Assembly (NCBI RefSeq): GCF_000195955.2
Contig: NC_000962.3
Location: 1,950,001 to 1,982,000, forward strand
Direction: 5' to 3'
DNA length: 32,000 nucleotides
From: Mycobacterium tuberculosis H37Rv
GTDB lineage: Bacteria > Actinomycetota > Actinomycetes > Mycobacteriales > Mycobacteriaceae
The position numbers and the translations under genes were made by a program. The notes beneath the pieces were generated by a model, which made no database searches, was not told the DNA's origin, and saw only the letters and a list, made by a program, of their open reading frames with translations. This document shows, piece after piece, positions 1 through 9,854 of this stretch (positions within the stretch are counted from its first letter, which is position 1; each line of letters starts with the position of its first letter).

Positions 1-1
1 C

Positions 2-589
2 GGCTGGATCTGCGAGGCCGCGGCCGGACAGCCGATGCCCGAACTGATGTCGGAACTACTGTGGAGCCGCATCGGGGCCCAGTGCGATGCCACCATCGCC
101 CTAGACGTAGCCGGCGCGGCGGGCACCGGAATATTCGACGGCGGCATCAGCGCCTGTCTGACCGACATGATCCGGTTCGGGTCGCTGTACCTGCGCGACG
201 GTGTCTCGTTGGCCGGCCAGCAAGTGGTGCCCGCGGCCTGGATCGCCGACACCTTCGACGGCGGCCCCGACTCGCGTCAGGCGTTCGCCGCCAGCCCCGA
301 CGACAACCCGATGCCCGGCGGGATGTACCGCAACCAAGTGTGGTTTCCCTACCCGGGCAGCAATGTCGCGTTGTGCGTGGGCATGTGCGGCCAGCTGATC
401 TACGTCAACCGCGCCGCGGAGGTGGTCGCCGCCAAGCTGTCCACCCAGCCGCACTCCCATGAGCCGCACATGTTAGACACCCTGCGCGCATTCGATGCGG
501 TGGCACACGAATTGTCAGGAATCAGATCGAGTTCGACCAACGACCCGCAGCGGCCTTCCCCGCCAGCCCAGGAGGCCAGTCCGGGGTAA
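2..589 (+). CDS. Beta-lactamase/esterase-family hydrolase, C-terminal part (5' truncated by window; Rv1723-like)
   Basis: Open frame continues upstream of the listed ATG at 35 to the window edge (GWICEAAAGQPM...). Serine-hydrolase-like C-terminal text 'SLYLRDGVSLAGQQVVPAAWI ... YRNQVWFPYPGS...GMCGQLIYVNRAAEVVAAKLS'. Confidence 0.8.
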   Translation, partial: GWICEAAAGQPMPELMSELLWSRIGAQCDATIALDVAGAAGTGIFDGGISACLTDMIRFGSLYLRDGVSLAGQQVVPAAWIADTFDGGPDSRQAFAASPDDNPMPGGMYRNQVWFPYPGSNVALCVGMCGQLIYVNRAAEVVAAKLSTQPHSHEPHMLDTLRAFDAVAHELSGIRSSSTNDPQRPSPPAQEASPG

Positions 590-631
590 CGGCTTGTGCC
601 CACGTAACCGAGTTCCAGGGCGATGGGCTTA

Positions 632-1051
632 TTAGCGGAAATATGACTCGTCCCAGGTATCCATACGACGCTTGCGTACCTCGGCGAGCTTGTGGTCAAG
701 CGCCGCCTGCTCATTTTCGATGGCACGACCGGCGTTTCTCACGGCGTTGTAGACGGCATCGTCCAGTTTGCATAGATCCTTTGCGGACACGTCGGTCGAT
801 ACGAAAACCGAGAACCGAATACGGTCGTCGAGCAGCGAAATGTCGATCTTTGGTGATGGTTTGAGTTGGCGCTGGAAGTGTTTGGCTAGTGCTTGGATCC
901 AATACTTTGGCCAATGCGGCACCGGTCTCAGATCGTAGACGATGATGGCTTGCTCGCCGTTGTAGACGCCGATGGGCGCTTCCGCTCGGCTGAAGCATGG
1001 TCGCCGCAGGTTCCGCAGGTCCTGGAGTTCGTTCTCTTCATTACCCACCAT
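632..1051 (-). CDS. Conserved hypothetical protein (Rv1724c-like)
   Basis: 139-aa ORF whose start overlaps the 3' end of the upstream gene (stop at 1041) by about 11 bp, consistent with an operon. Start choice uncertain. Confidence 0.55.
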   Translation of the reverse strand: MVGNEENELQDLRNLRRPCFSRAEAPIGVYNGEQAIIVYDLRPVPHWPKYWIQALAKHFQRQLKPSPKIDISLLDDRIRFSVFVSTDVSAKDLCKLDDAVYNAVRNAGRAIENEQAALDHKLAEVRKRRMDTWDESYFR

Positions 1052-1751
1052 GAGCCTCCGGCATCTGGTCTACGGACACCACGGCTTGCCGCATGGCTGG
1101 GGCGAAGGGACTCCAAGCCATCCAGGATGGGAACGCGCGCCGCATCGCCGGCAGGCCGTCCAGTTCGATGCGCTCGGCGGAGATCTCGGCGGCCAGTGTG
1201 CTGCGGCCGCTGTAGACCCGATACAGATCTCGAGGATGGCCGCGCACCGTGAGGTCGACAGGTAGGCATGGATCGTGCAGGCACACCGAGATGTCCCCAG
1301 GTTCCAACACGAGCCAGGCCCACAGTGGCCGCTCGCCGTGGTAGCGGAACTCCACCACCACCCGCCGGCCGGGAAGGGCCTCGGTGTTGACGCGCCGGGA
1401 GATCCACAACGTGAGTAGTTCGGGGTCGCATTCGGCGGGAGTGGGGTCGGCCATCAACCAACGGGAGACCCAGTCCCCCAGGGTCTGCAGCACGGGGCGT
1501 AGCTCCTCGCCGGCCACCGTGAACCGATAGCCCCCGCCCGTGTGTTCGGGGACCGCTTCGATGATGCGGTCGTGCTGAAGTCGGCGTAGCCGCTGGGCCA
1601 GCACCGAGCGGGAGATGCCGGGCAGGCCCCGCTCGATTTCGGTGAACCGCAGCGGGCCGAAGAGCAGCTCCCGCACGATTAGCAGCGTCCAGCGGTCCCC
1701 CAGCAGCTCCGCCGCCCGCGCTACCGGGCAGTACTGGCCGTACGGCTGCAC
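1041..1751 (-). CDS. HxlR-family winged-helix transcriptional regulator with C-terminal sterol-carrier-like domain (Rv1725c-like)
   Basis: 236 aa; 'YCPVARAAELLGDRWTLLIVRELLFGPLRFTEIERGLPGISRSVLAQRLRRLQ' is a classic HxlR signature. Confidence 0.9.
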   Translation of the reverse strand: MQPYGQYCPVARAAELLGDRWTLLIVRELLFGPLRFTEIERGLPGISRSVLAQRLRRLQHDRIIEAVPEHTGGGYRFTVAGEELRPVLQTLGDWVSRWLMADPTPAECDPELLTLWISRRVNTEALPGRRVVVEFRYHGERPLWAWLVLEPGDISVCLHDPCLPVDLTVRGHPRDLYRVYSGRSTLAAEISAERIELDGLPAMRRAFPSWMAWSPFAPAMRQAVVSVDQMPEAHGG

Positions 1752-1851
1752 GACACCAGGCTAGTCGCCATCCCTGGCTGCGTGGTTCGGAATTCGAACT
1801 TCCCGCACCCCCTGTGGGAGGCGTAACGCTTGGTGCTGGAGGTGAGAGGCG

Positions 1852-3237
1852 ATGACCGCGACGCTGACCAAGACGCTGGGTTCCCTCGACGATTTCAGGG
1901 GAACGCTTTGTGTCCCCGGTGATCCGGACTACCCCAGGGTGCGGGCCATCTGGAACGGGCAGGTGGCCCGCGAACCGGCCTTGATCGCCACGTGCCACGA
2001 CGCGTGCGATGTCCGAACGGTGCTGCGGCGCGCGGTGGACGCCGGGATGGTGACCGCGGTACGTGGCGGCGGGCACAACGTGGCCGGCACCGCGCTGTGC
2101 GACGGCGGCGTGGTGATCGACCTCTCGGCGATGCGGGCCGTCTCGCTGGATCCAGCGACTGGGCGGGTACGGGTGCAGGGTGGTGCCACGCTCGCCGATT
2201 TGGACCACGCCACGGTCCCGTTCGCCCGGGTGGCCCCCGCCGGGATCGTCACCACCACCGGTGTCGGCGGGCTGACGTTGGGCGGCGGGGTGGGTTGGAC
2301 GACTCGACGTTTCGGACTGAGCTGCGACAACCTGGTCGCGGTGCGGCTAGTCACCGCCGCCGGCGACTACCTAAGCGTCGACGACGAGCGCGACCCGGAG
2401 CTGATGTGGGGCCTGCGGGGCGGGGGCGGCAATTTCGGCATTGTCACTGAATTCGAATTCGCCACCCATCCGTTCGGTCCGGTCGCCGTGGCCGGCTTCG
2501 TCGTCTACCGGCTGGATGACGGGCCCGCGGTGCTTCGCGGCTACCGGCAGTTCGCCGCTGCGGCACCCGAGGAGGTGACCACGATCGTGGTCTTGCGCCA
2601 CGCCCCGCCGGCACCGTGGATTCCCGTTGACCAGCGCGGCAAGCCGGTGGTCATGATCGGCGCCGTCCACACCGGGAGCATCCAGACCGGGATCGAAGCG
2701 CTGCGACCGGTCAAGTCCCTCGCCAGACCCGTCGCCGACACCGTGTGGCCGACCCCGTTCCTGGCCCACCAGGCGGTGCTGGACGCCTCCAACCCGGCCG
2801 GTCACCGCTACTACTGGAAATCCGACCACTTGGCCGAGCTGAACGACGAGGCCATCGACTTGCTAGTTGAGCAGACGGCGCAGCTGTCCTCGCCGGACAG
2901 CCTCATCGGAATCTTCCAGCTCGGCGGCGCCGCCGCTCGCGGCGGTGAGCGTTCCTGCTTCCCGAGCCGGCACGCGCGATTCATGGTCAACTACGCCACC
3001 CATTGGACCGAGGCCCGCGAGGACGACCTTCACCGCCAATGGACCCGCGACGCGATCGAGGCGCTGGCCCCGTACGGGCTGGGCACCGCGTATGTGAACT
3101 TCACCGCCGACGACGCACCGATGCACGTCGAAACACTTTACAGCACAACGGAGTTCAGTCGTTTGGTGACCCTCAAGAACCGACTCGACCCGGACAACGT
3201 GTTCCGCAATAACCACAACATCCGCCCCTCGGCATGA
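1852..3237 (+). CDS. FAD-linked oxidoreductase, BBE/PCMH type (Rv1726-like)
   Basis: 461 aa; 'VTAVRGGGHNVAGTALCDGGVVIDLSAMR' FAD-binding motif with candidate flavinylation His; 'NHNIRPSA' C-terminus typical of BBE-domain oxidases. Confidence 0.92.
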   Translation: MTATLTKTLGSLDDFRGTLCVPGDPDYPRVRAIWNGQVAREPALIATCHDACDVRTVLRRAVDAGMVTAVRGGGHNVAGTALCDGGVVIDLSAMRAVSLDPATGRVRVQGGATLADLDHATVPFARVAPAGIVTTTGVGGLTLGGGVGWTTRRFGLSCDNLVAVRLVTAAGDYLSVDDERDPELMWGLRGGGGNFGIVTEFEFATHPFGPVAVAGFVVYRLDDGPAVLRGYRQFAAAAPEEVTTIVVLRHAPPAPWIPVDQRGKPVVMIGAVHTGSIQTGIEALRPVKSLARPVADTVWPTPFLAHQAVLDASNPAGHRYYWKSDHLAELNDEAIDLLVEQTAQLSSPDSLIGIFQLGGAAARGGERSCFPSRHARFMVNYATHWTEAREDDLHRQWTRDAIEALAPYGLGTAYVNFTADDAPMHVETLYSTTEFSRLVTLKNRLDPDNVFRNNHNIRPSA

Positions 3238-3269
3238 GGGGGCCCAAGTTGACCGTAGGAAGGACGATC

Positions 3270-3839
3270 ATGGACCTCTATTCAAACCTCGTCGAAGCCG
3301 AACAACGCCTGGTCGCGCTGGTTTCGTCGATAGAAGCCGACAGCTACTCCTCGCCGACGCCGTGCGACCGCTGGGACGTGCGGGCGCTGCTCAGCCACGC
3401 GCTGGCCTCGATCGACGCCTTCGCGGCGGCCGTCGACGGAGCACCCGGACCGGACATGGCGCAGGTGTTCAGCGGTGCCGACATCGTCGGGGACGACCCC
3501 CTCGGTGCGACGCAGCGGATCACCCGGCGGTCGCAGGCGGCCTGGTCGACCGTGCGCGATCTGAACGCGGAGCTGTCGACCTTCATCGGCGTGATGCCGG
3601 CGGGGCAGGCTCTTGCGATCATCACCTTCTCCACCGTCGTCCACGGTTGGGACCTAGCGGTGGCCACGGGCCAGGCCGGCGAACTCCCGGAGCACCTGGC
3701 CGAAGCGGCCCAACAGGTGGCGGCCGAACTGGTTCCCGTCCTGCGTCCGCGGGGCCTGTTCGCACACGACGTCGACCTAGCGGGGGAAGCCACGCCCACT
3801 CAGCGGCTCGTCGCCCTTACCGGACGGAAACCGCGGTGA
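3270..3839 (+). CDS. Mycothiol-dependent maleylpyruvate isomerase-like / DinB-like TIGR03086-type protein (Rv1727-like)
   Basis: In-frame ATG at 3270 (MDLYSNLVEAEQRLVALV...). 'SPTPCDRWDVRALLSHAL' and 'TVVHGWDLAVATGQ' motifs. The longer ORF starting at 3234 overlaps the upstream stop. Confidence 0.82.
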   Translation: MDLYSNLVEAEQRLVALVSSIEADSYSSPTPCDRWDVRALLSHALASIDAFAAAVDGAPGPDMAQVFSGADIVGDDPLGATQRITRRSQAAWSTVRDLNAELSTFIGVMPAGQALAIITFSTVVHGWDLAVATGQAGELPEHLAEAAQQVAAELVPVLRPRGLFAHDVDLAGEATPTQRLVALTGRKPR

Positions 3840-3863
3840 GCTGCGTTTGGTTGTCGCGTTCGA

Positions 3864-4640
3864 TCATTCTGGCGGCGTAGGGCTCATGGATCCGACGTAG
3901 TAGGTTTCCCGCCCGGTTGGGTATCCGCCGCCGTCGGTGGCGATATGGACGTGGTCGTAGTGGTTGAGGGTTTCTGAGCCGTAGTCCGCCGTCCAGCTCG
4001 GCGCGCCGATGCCTGGGTAGTAGCCCTGCCGCCAGATCACATGGAGCACTCCCCATCGTTTCGCATTCGCCAAGGCAAGTCCGGCGACTTGGTTGCCGAG
4101 CTGGATACCCTCGTCGCTGTGATGGTTCGGGATCATCACGTCGATCGCTAACCCGTTGGGATGCCACTTCAAGGGATCCTGCCTATAGCCAAAGATGTTG
4201 GTGATCTGAGGAAATAGCACAGAGACGGCACGGGCTACCCAGATCGTCTTGACCTGCAACCCCTCTTCCGACGCAACGCCAGCAGGTAGCGCGAACTGGA
4301 ATTGCTGGGCAGCGACAGGCGCGCTTGCCGCCAACAAGTCCGCTTCCGTGGGACTGGCGATGCGCGGTGCGTTGGCCGGCGCAGAGTCGGGGCCTGTCGG
4401 GATTGCCGCCGGGGTCTCGCGGCAGCACGTATGCTCTGCGCCTTGGGCATAGAGGATGGCGGCAGAGACGACGAGCGAGGCCGCGATTGCCAACCAGCGG
4501 CCCCGGCCGTTGGCCAACACGCCTTTGCTCACGAACAGCACTTTAGTGTGTCGTGTGCGACGCGTGTGGCAACCTTTGCTATCGATTGGTTGCAGACCCG
4601 CGTTGTGCGCACCGGGCAAGCCGTTCACGCTCATCGCCAA
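3864..4640 (-). CDS. Exported hypothetical protein with a VanY/extensin-like C-terminal domain (Rv1728c-like)
   Basis: Hydrophobic N-terminal segment '[19 protein letters not shown]'; C-terminal '[13 protein letters not shown]...[20 protein letters not shown]...[11 protein letters not shown]' resembles D,D-peptidase-fold HxxxxxxD...HxH proteins. Confidence 0.78.
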
Positions 4641-5569
4641 CCCGCTGCCGTCGGCGGTGAAATGGAAGAGTGGTCGGTCAGGCAGCCGCTGATGAAGATG
4701 GTGTCGTCGTCTGCAGCGCGCACATCGAGACCGCTGCGCCGGAACAGTTCTGCCAGCGACACGCCTTCGGGTTGCCAGCCCTTGGCGGCGAGGTAGTCGA
4801 GGACGTGGTTGCGTGGGCCGGTGTAGACCAACGAAGCCAAGTCGACGTCCACGCCATGACAGCGGAACGGGTTGGATATGGTCCGCGCTCGTTCGGCGCT
4901 GAAATCCGCTATACCGGTAACAAATTCGGTGGCTACCATGCTCCCGGGCGCGCTGAGTGCGGTGATGTTGTCGAACAGCCTGTCTTGAGTTTGCGGCTTA
5001 AGATATATCAGTAACCCCTCGGCCAGCCACGCCGTCGGTGCTGCCGAGTCAAACCCGGCGGCTTGTAATGCCGTCGGCCAGTCTGCGCGCAAGTCGATGG
5101 GCACGGCGCGCCGGATGGCGGAGGGTTCGGCGCCCAGGTCGGCTAAGGTTGTCGTCTTGAACTCCATCACTTTTGGTTGGTCGATCTCGTATACCACCGT
5201 CCTGGTCGGCCACGGCAGCCGGTAGGCCCGGGAGTCCAACCCGGACGCGAGGATAGCGACTTGCCGAATCCCCCCAGCGGTGGCGTTAAGGAGATAGTCG
5301 TCAAAGTATTTGGTGCGGACCGCGTTTCCGTACACCATTGCCTGCGCCACGGCCGGTGAAACGTCCGCGATCGTCGACATGTCGAGTTCACCGTCCATCA
5401 TCTTGGTGAACAAATCCAGCCCCACCGCACGGACCAGGGGTTCGGCGAACGGATCGTTGATCAAACCGCGCGGATCCTTGGTGGCCAGCGCACGCCCGAC
5501 CGCGACAATGGTCGCGGTGACGCCGACGCTAGACGTCAGATCCCAGTTGTCGTCGTCGGTGCGGGCCAC
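4631..5569 (-). CDS. S-adenosyl-L-methionine-dependent methyltransferase, UPF0677/TIGR00027 family (Rv1729c-like)
   Basis: 312 aa; '[25 protein letters not shown]', '[20 protein letters not shown]', '[13 protein letters not shown]'. 3' end overlaps the start of 3864..4640. Confidence 0.93.
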
Positions 5570-5581
5570 CAGCCCACCCTA

Positions 5582-5672
5582 GTCTGATTGCCCGGTTCCT
5601 CCTCGCGCCGCAAACGGCGCGCATCGTCACCGGGCGTCGTCTGATTGCCCGGTTCCTCCTCGCGCCGCAAAC
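5582..5672. repeat. 57-bp-period tandem repeat, about 1.6 units (VNTR 1955 / Mtub21-like)
   Basis: Identical 34-mer 'gtctgattgcccggttcctcctcgcgccgcaaac' at 5582-5615 and 5639-5672 (offset 57 bp). Confidence 0.85.
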
Positions 5673-5691
5673 CAAGCCGGCTGGTGCTGTG

Positions 5692-7245
5692 CTATTGGCG
5701 TCGGAACAGACGGCCGTGCTGGCTACAGAACCAGGCGATGTTGCCGTCCGGCCCGCGCACGAAGTTGGAGCGACTGCCGGTGGGCTTGTTGTCGGGTCCA
5801 AGGTCGAGCCCATAGTCGGGCCGATAGAAGGCGAGGCCCAGATTGGCGCTGTTTTGGCCATCCGGGTTGGCATCGTCGGTGCTCATGCTTCCAGCAAGCT
5901 GGCCGTCCCTGGCCCGGAAGTCGATGACCGTTGTCTCGAGGTCGCCATTTTGGGCGACTTGCTTGGCGATGTACCGGCCCTCGTAGGGCGCCAGGTCGAC
6001 GGCACCAAGGCGTTGCGGCGTGGCCGGAAGATTGCTGAGCCCGGCGAATCTCTGCAATGCCCAGTCGGATGCGAAAAGGTCGTTGATCATATGAAATCCG
6101 CCATCAGAGTTAGTGAGCACGGTCATGGCGAAGTTTCGATCGGGCACCATGACGAACCCAGAGCGCTGCCCCTTCCAGGTGCCGCCGTGCTCAACGATGG
6201 TCACATTCTCCGCGGAGGGCCGCAGCATCCAGGTCACGCCCATCCCGGTCAGTTCCACCCAAAGTGTTCCGCCCGCCCCAGGGTTAGAGCGCATTGCCTT
6301 CAGCGATTGTCGGCTCAGAATCTGCTCACCGTTAGGCGCCCTGCCGTCGCCGAGGTGGAACTGTGCGTAACGCAGCTGATCTCGCGCTGTGGACATCAAC
6401 CCACCGGTGGGGTTGCAGCTGCGCGGGAATGTCCAAAAGTCAGTAACGGCAATCGGTTTGCCGTCGACCACGCTATGCGATGCGGCCACATTCAGACCGA
6501 TTATTTGGTCGGAAAAGTAGCGCGTGTGAGCAAGCTGCAGCGGGTCAAGCAACAGCCTCTGAACCGTAGATTCGTAGGTTGTTCCGGCGACAAGCTCGAT
6601 GATGCGGCCCGCAACCACAAGACCTGAATTGTTGTACGCGAACGCGGTTCCCGGAGGGGTGAGCTGCGGTAGGCGTGTCATCGCCTTGACATAGAGCGCC
6701 ACCGCGTCATCGCCGCGCCCAAAGTCCTGCCCATTGCGACCATCCCAGCCTGCGGTATGGTTGAGCAGTTGGCGAACGGTAACCGTAGCGCTGGCTGATT
6801 CGTCGGCTACCGCGAAGTCGGGGATGTAGCGGCGCACAGGTGAATCCAGGTCCACCTTGCCTCGCTCGACCAGCCGCATCATCACCGTACCTGTGAAAGT
6901 CTTTGTGGTGGAACCGATTCTGAAGACAGTGTCGCCGTCAACAGGCATCGGATGGTCGACATTGGTGACCCCGTAGCCTTTGACGTATTCTTGCCCGCCG
7001 GCCCAGACAGCAACCGCGACGCCCGGAATCGCATAGGCCTTCATGCCCGCGTTGATTTTTGCATCGAGTTCGTCGAACGCTGCACCAGGGTCTGCGCAGT
7101 TGACAGTTTCAACCACTGCAGTGGCGATTTCGTGCGGCAGTCGATCTAGCGCACGCACGTATTCGGTGACGACCGCGCGCCCATGGCGCGTCCCGCACCG
7201 CGTGCCGGTCGGCGTCGCGGAACTCAAGATGATCGGCGGACACAA
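5692..7245 (-). CDS. Penicillin-binding protein / beta-lactamase-family serine hydrolase (Rv1730c-like)
   Basis: 'VFRIGSTTKTFTGTVMMRLVERGKVDLDSPVRRYIPDF' (SxxK), 'YNNSG' (YxN), 'VEHGGTWKG' (HxG). 7245 is a TTG giving 517 aa; the track ORF begins at 7311 and a GTG lies at 7158, so the start is uncertain. Confidence 0.9.
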   Translation of the reverse strand: MCPPIILSSATPTGTRCGTRHGRAVVTEYVRALDRLPHEIATAVVETVNCADPGAAFDELDAKINAGMKAYAIPGVAVAVWAGGQEYVKGYGVTNVDHPMPVDGDTVFRIGSTTKTFTGTVMMRLVERGKVDLDSPVRRYIPDFAVADESASATVTVRQLLNHTAGWDGRNGQDFGRGDDAVALYVKAMTRLPQLTPPGTAFAYNNSGLVVAGRIIELVAGTTYESTVQRLLLDPLQLAHTRYFSDQIIGLNVAASHSVVDGKPIAVTDFWTFPRSCNPTGGLMSTARDQLRYAQFHLGDGRAPNGEQILSRQSLKAMRSNPGAGGTLWVELTGMGVTWMLRPSAENVTIVEHGGTWKGQRSGFVMVPDRNFAMTVLTNSDGGFHMINDLFASDWALQRFAGLSNLPATPQRLGAVDLAPYEGRYIAKQVAQNGDLETTVIDFRARDGQLAGSMSTDDANPDGQNSANLGLAFYRPDYGLDLGPDNKPTGSRSNFVRGPDGNIAWFCSQHGRLFRRQ

Positions 7246-7357
7246 GGACCGCGGCGACCCGGCCGGTGGCGGCCGATCTGAACAGCTTCGTGGGGGGATC
7301 CGCTTCGTCAACCAACGCGGAAAGCATGGCTTTGGCCTTCCGCGGTCGCGTCCACAT
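7214..7357 (-). pseudogene. Phd/YefM-type antitoxin-like fragment
   Basis: Inside ORF 7109..7579(-): 'MWTRPRKAKAMLSALVDEADPPTKLFRSAATGRVAAVLVSADHLEFRD' resembles YefM/Phd 'ARANLSALVDEA...TRHGRPAAVLVSADDLESL'. No annotated gene or toxin partner. Confidence 0.5.
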
Positions 7358-7676
7358 GAGTGTCAATATAGCTGGACTAACATGAACATCGCGAGGCCGG
7401 TTCTTCGTGGTAACGTGCCGGGATCCCAAGGGACTGCCGGAAGCGAATTTGGTTGCGCCGCTTGGGGCGTCGCGAGAGATTCGGCAATCCCCTGGCTGGA
7501 GGATCCCGTTCAGCCAGGGCGTAGGCGCTGCGGCGTGCACGGCTTGGCCCCACAACCCGTATTGATGCCACCTGAACAAGAAGAACCCGGCATTCGTCGA
7601 GAATGCCTTTGGTCACCAATCGCAGGCCGATACTCTGTGCCCTAGACACCCGCATTTCTTCGAAAGAGGTGACGAT

Positions 7677-9233
7677 ATGCCTGCACCCTCGGCCGAGGTT
7701 TTCGATCGCTTGCGTAACCTGGCCGCGATCAAGGACGTCGCCGCACGTCCGACCAGGACGATCGACGAGGTCTTCACCGGCAAGCCGTTGACTACGATTC
7801 CGGTCGGCACGGCCGCGGACGTCGAAGCGGCATTCGCCGAAGCTCGCGCGGCGCAGACCGACTGGGCGAAGCGTCCCGTCATCGAGCGAGCTGCAGTCAT
7901 CCGCCGCTATCGCGACCTGGTCATCGAGAACCGCGAGTTCCTCATGGACCTCCTGCAAGCCGAGGCGGGCAAGGCCCGATGGGCGGCGCAAGAGGAAATT
8001 GTCGATCTGATCGCGAACGCGAATTATTACGCACGAGTCTGTGTGGACCTGCTGAAGCCCCGTAAGGCACAGCCGCTGCTGCCCGGGATAGGCAAGACCA
8101 CGGTGTGCTATCAACCGAAGGGCGTGGTGGGGGTGATCTCGCCGTGGAACTACCCCATGACGCTTACGGTGTCGGACTCGGTGCCCGCGCTGGTGGCCGG
8201 TAACGCGGTGGTGCTCAAGCCGGACAGCCAGACGCCGTATTGTGCGCTCGCGTGTGCCGAGCTGCTGTATCGGGCGGGTCTGCCGCGAGCGCTGTATGCG
8301 ATCGTGCCCGGTCCGGGCTCGGTGGTGGGCACCGCCATCACCGACAACTGCGACTACCTGATGTTCACCGGTTCATCGGCGACCGGCAGCCGCCTCGCCG
8401 AGCACGCCGGCCGCCGGCTTATCGGTTTCTCGGCCGAACTTGGCGGCAAGAACCCCATGATCGTGGCGCGGGGTGCCAACCTCGACAAGGTCGCCAAGGC
8501 GGCCACCCGTGCCTGCTTCTCGAACGCCGGCCAGCTGTGCATCTCCATTGAGCGGATCTACGTCGAAAAGGACATCGCCGAGGAGTTCACCCGGAAGTTC
8601 GGCGATGCGGTGCGGAACATGAAGCTCGGCACCGCATACGACTTCTCGGTCGACATGGGTAGTTTGATCTCCGAAGCACAGCTGAAAACCGTGTCCGGTC
8701 ACGTGGATGACGCGACGGCCAAGGGCGCCAAGGTGATTGCGGGCGGCAAGGCTCGACCCGACATCGGGCCGCTGTTCTACGAGCCGACCGTGCTGACCAA
8801 CGTCGCACCCGAAATGGAATGCGCGGCCAACGAGACGTTCGGGCCGGTGGTCTCGATCTACCCGGTCGCCGACGTGGACGAAGCCGTCGAAAAGGCCAAC
8901 GACACCGACTACGGGCTCAACGCCAGCGTCTGGGCCGGCTCCACCGCGGAGGGCCAGAGGATCGCCGCCCGGCTGCGGTCGGGGACGGTGAACGTCGACG
9001 AGGGGTACGCGTTCGCCTGGGGCAGCCTCAGCGCGCCGATGGGCGGGATGGGCCTCTCGGGGGTCGGCCGCCGGCACGGTCCGGAGGGCTTGCTCAAGTA
9101 CACCGAATCACAGACGATCGCGACCGCCCGCGTGTTCAATCTCGATCCGCCCTTCGGCATCCCGGCCACAGTCTGGCAGAAGTCACTGTTACCCATCGTG
9201 CGCACCGTGATGAAGCTTCCCGGCCGCAGGTGA
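7677..9233 (+). CDS. gabD2: Succinate-semialdehyde dehydrogenase (aldehyde dehydrogenase superfamily)
   Basis: 518 aa; 'GVISPWNYPMTLTVSDSVPALVAGNAVVLKPDSQTP', 'FTGSSATGSRLAEHAGRRLIGFSAELGGKNPMIV', 'CFSNAGQLCISIERIYV'. Confidence 0.95.
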   Translation: MPAPSAEVFDRLRNLAAIKDVAARPTRTIDEVFTGKPLTTIPVGTAADVEAAFAEARAAQTDWAKRPVIERAAVIRRYRDLVIENREFLMDLLQAEAGKARWAAQEEIVDLIANANYYARVCVDLLKPRKAQPLLPGIGKTTVCYQPKGVVGVISPWNYPMTLTVSDSVPALVAGNAVVLKPDSQTPYCALACAELLYRAGLPRALYAIVPGPGSVVGTAITDNCDYLMFTGSSATGSRLAEHAGRRLIGFSAELGGKNPMIVARGANLDKVAKAATRACFSNAGQLCISIERIYVEKDIAEEFTRKFGDAVRNMKLGTAYDFSVDMGSLISEAQLKTVSGHVDDATAKGAKVIAGGKARPDIGPLFYEPTVLTNVAPEMECAANETFGPVVSIYPVADVDEAVEKANDTDYGLNASVWAGSTAEGQRIAARLRSGTVNVDEGYAFAWGSLSAPMGGMGLSGVGRRHGPEGLLKYTESQTIATARVFNLDPPFGIPATVWQKSLLPIVRTVMKLPGRR

Positions 9234-9242
9234 CGGCGCGGC

Positions 9243-9791
9243 CTAGCGCCACTTGATGCCGCACCCGATCGACGGTCGTTGGTCGGGGTTGACTGGCCGC
9301 CCGGCGAGCAGGGCGTCGACCGCGGCCCGGACGTCGGCGGCCGTCACCGGTCGGCCATTGCCCGGGCGGGAGTCGTCGAGCTGACCACGGTAGACAAGTC
9401 GGCGCTGGCCGTCGAAGACGAACGTGTCGGGTGTGCAGGCCGCGGAGAAGGCGCGGGCGACGTCTTGGGTTTCGTCGTAGAGATACGGGAACGTCCAGCC
9501 GTGGCGGCGGGCCTCGGCGACCATCTGATCGGGCCCGTCCTGCGGGTAGGTGACGACGTCGTTACTGGAGATACCGACCATCGGGACGCCTTGATCGGCG
9601 AGGTCCCGGCCGAGCGTGGCCAATCCGGCGGCGACGTGTTGCACGTACGGGCAGTGGTTACAGATGAAGGTGACGACGAGGGCGGGACCCGTGAGCTCGT
9701 CGAGGCTGACCGTGGCGCCGGTCGCCGGCTGGGGCAGTGTGAACGACGGCGCGGGGGTGCCGAGGGCGAGCATGCTGGATTCAACGGCCAT
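9243..9791 (-). CDS. Thioredoxin-like/redoxin-family protein (Rv1732c-like)
   Basis: 182 aa; 'ALVVTFICNHCPYVQHVAAGLATLGRDL', 'PMVGISSNDVVTYPQDGPDQM', 'FDGQRRLVYRGQLDDSRP'. Confidence 0.9.
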   Translation of the reverse strand: MAVESSMLALGTPAPSFTLPQPATGATVSLDELTGPALVVTFICNHCPYVQHVAAGLATLGRDLADQGVPMVGISSNDVVTYPQDGPDQMVAEARRHGWTFPYLYDETQDVARAFSAACTPDTFVFDGQRRLVYRGQLDDSRPGNGRPVTAADVRAAVDALLAGRPVNPDQRPSIGCGIKWR

Positions 9792-9854
9792 GCCGTCCAG
9801 AGTACGGTCGCGGTCCAGCTTGGCGGAGCCCTGGTTGCCGCTACCGGACGGTTG

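Noticed and set aside
400-726. 108-aa minus ORF near the left end
   Set aside because: Overlaps the end of the hydrolase gene and the better hypothetical ORF 632..1051; no recognisable motif.
928-2208. 426-aa + strand ORF across the HxlR gene
   Set aside because: Low-complexity Arg/Pro/Gly translation opposite a well-supported regulator and running out of frame into the FAD oxidoreductase.
5582-5672. Repeat considered as transposon terminal repeats
   Set aside because: Direct, not inverted, repeats with 57-bp periodicity and no transposase. VNTR is the simpler explanation.
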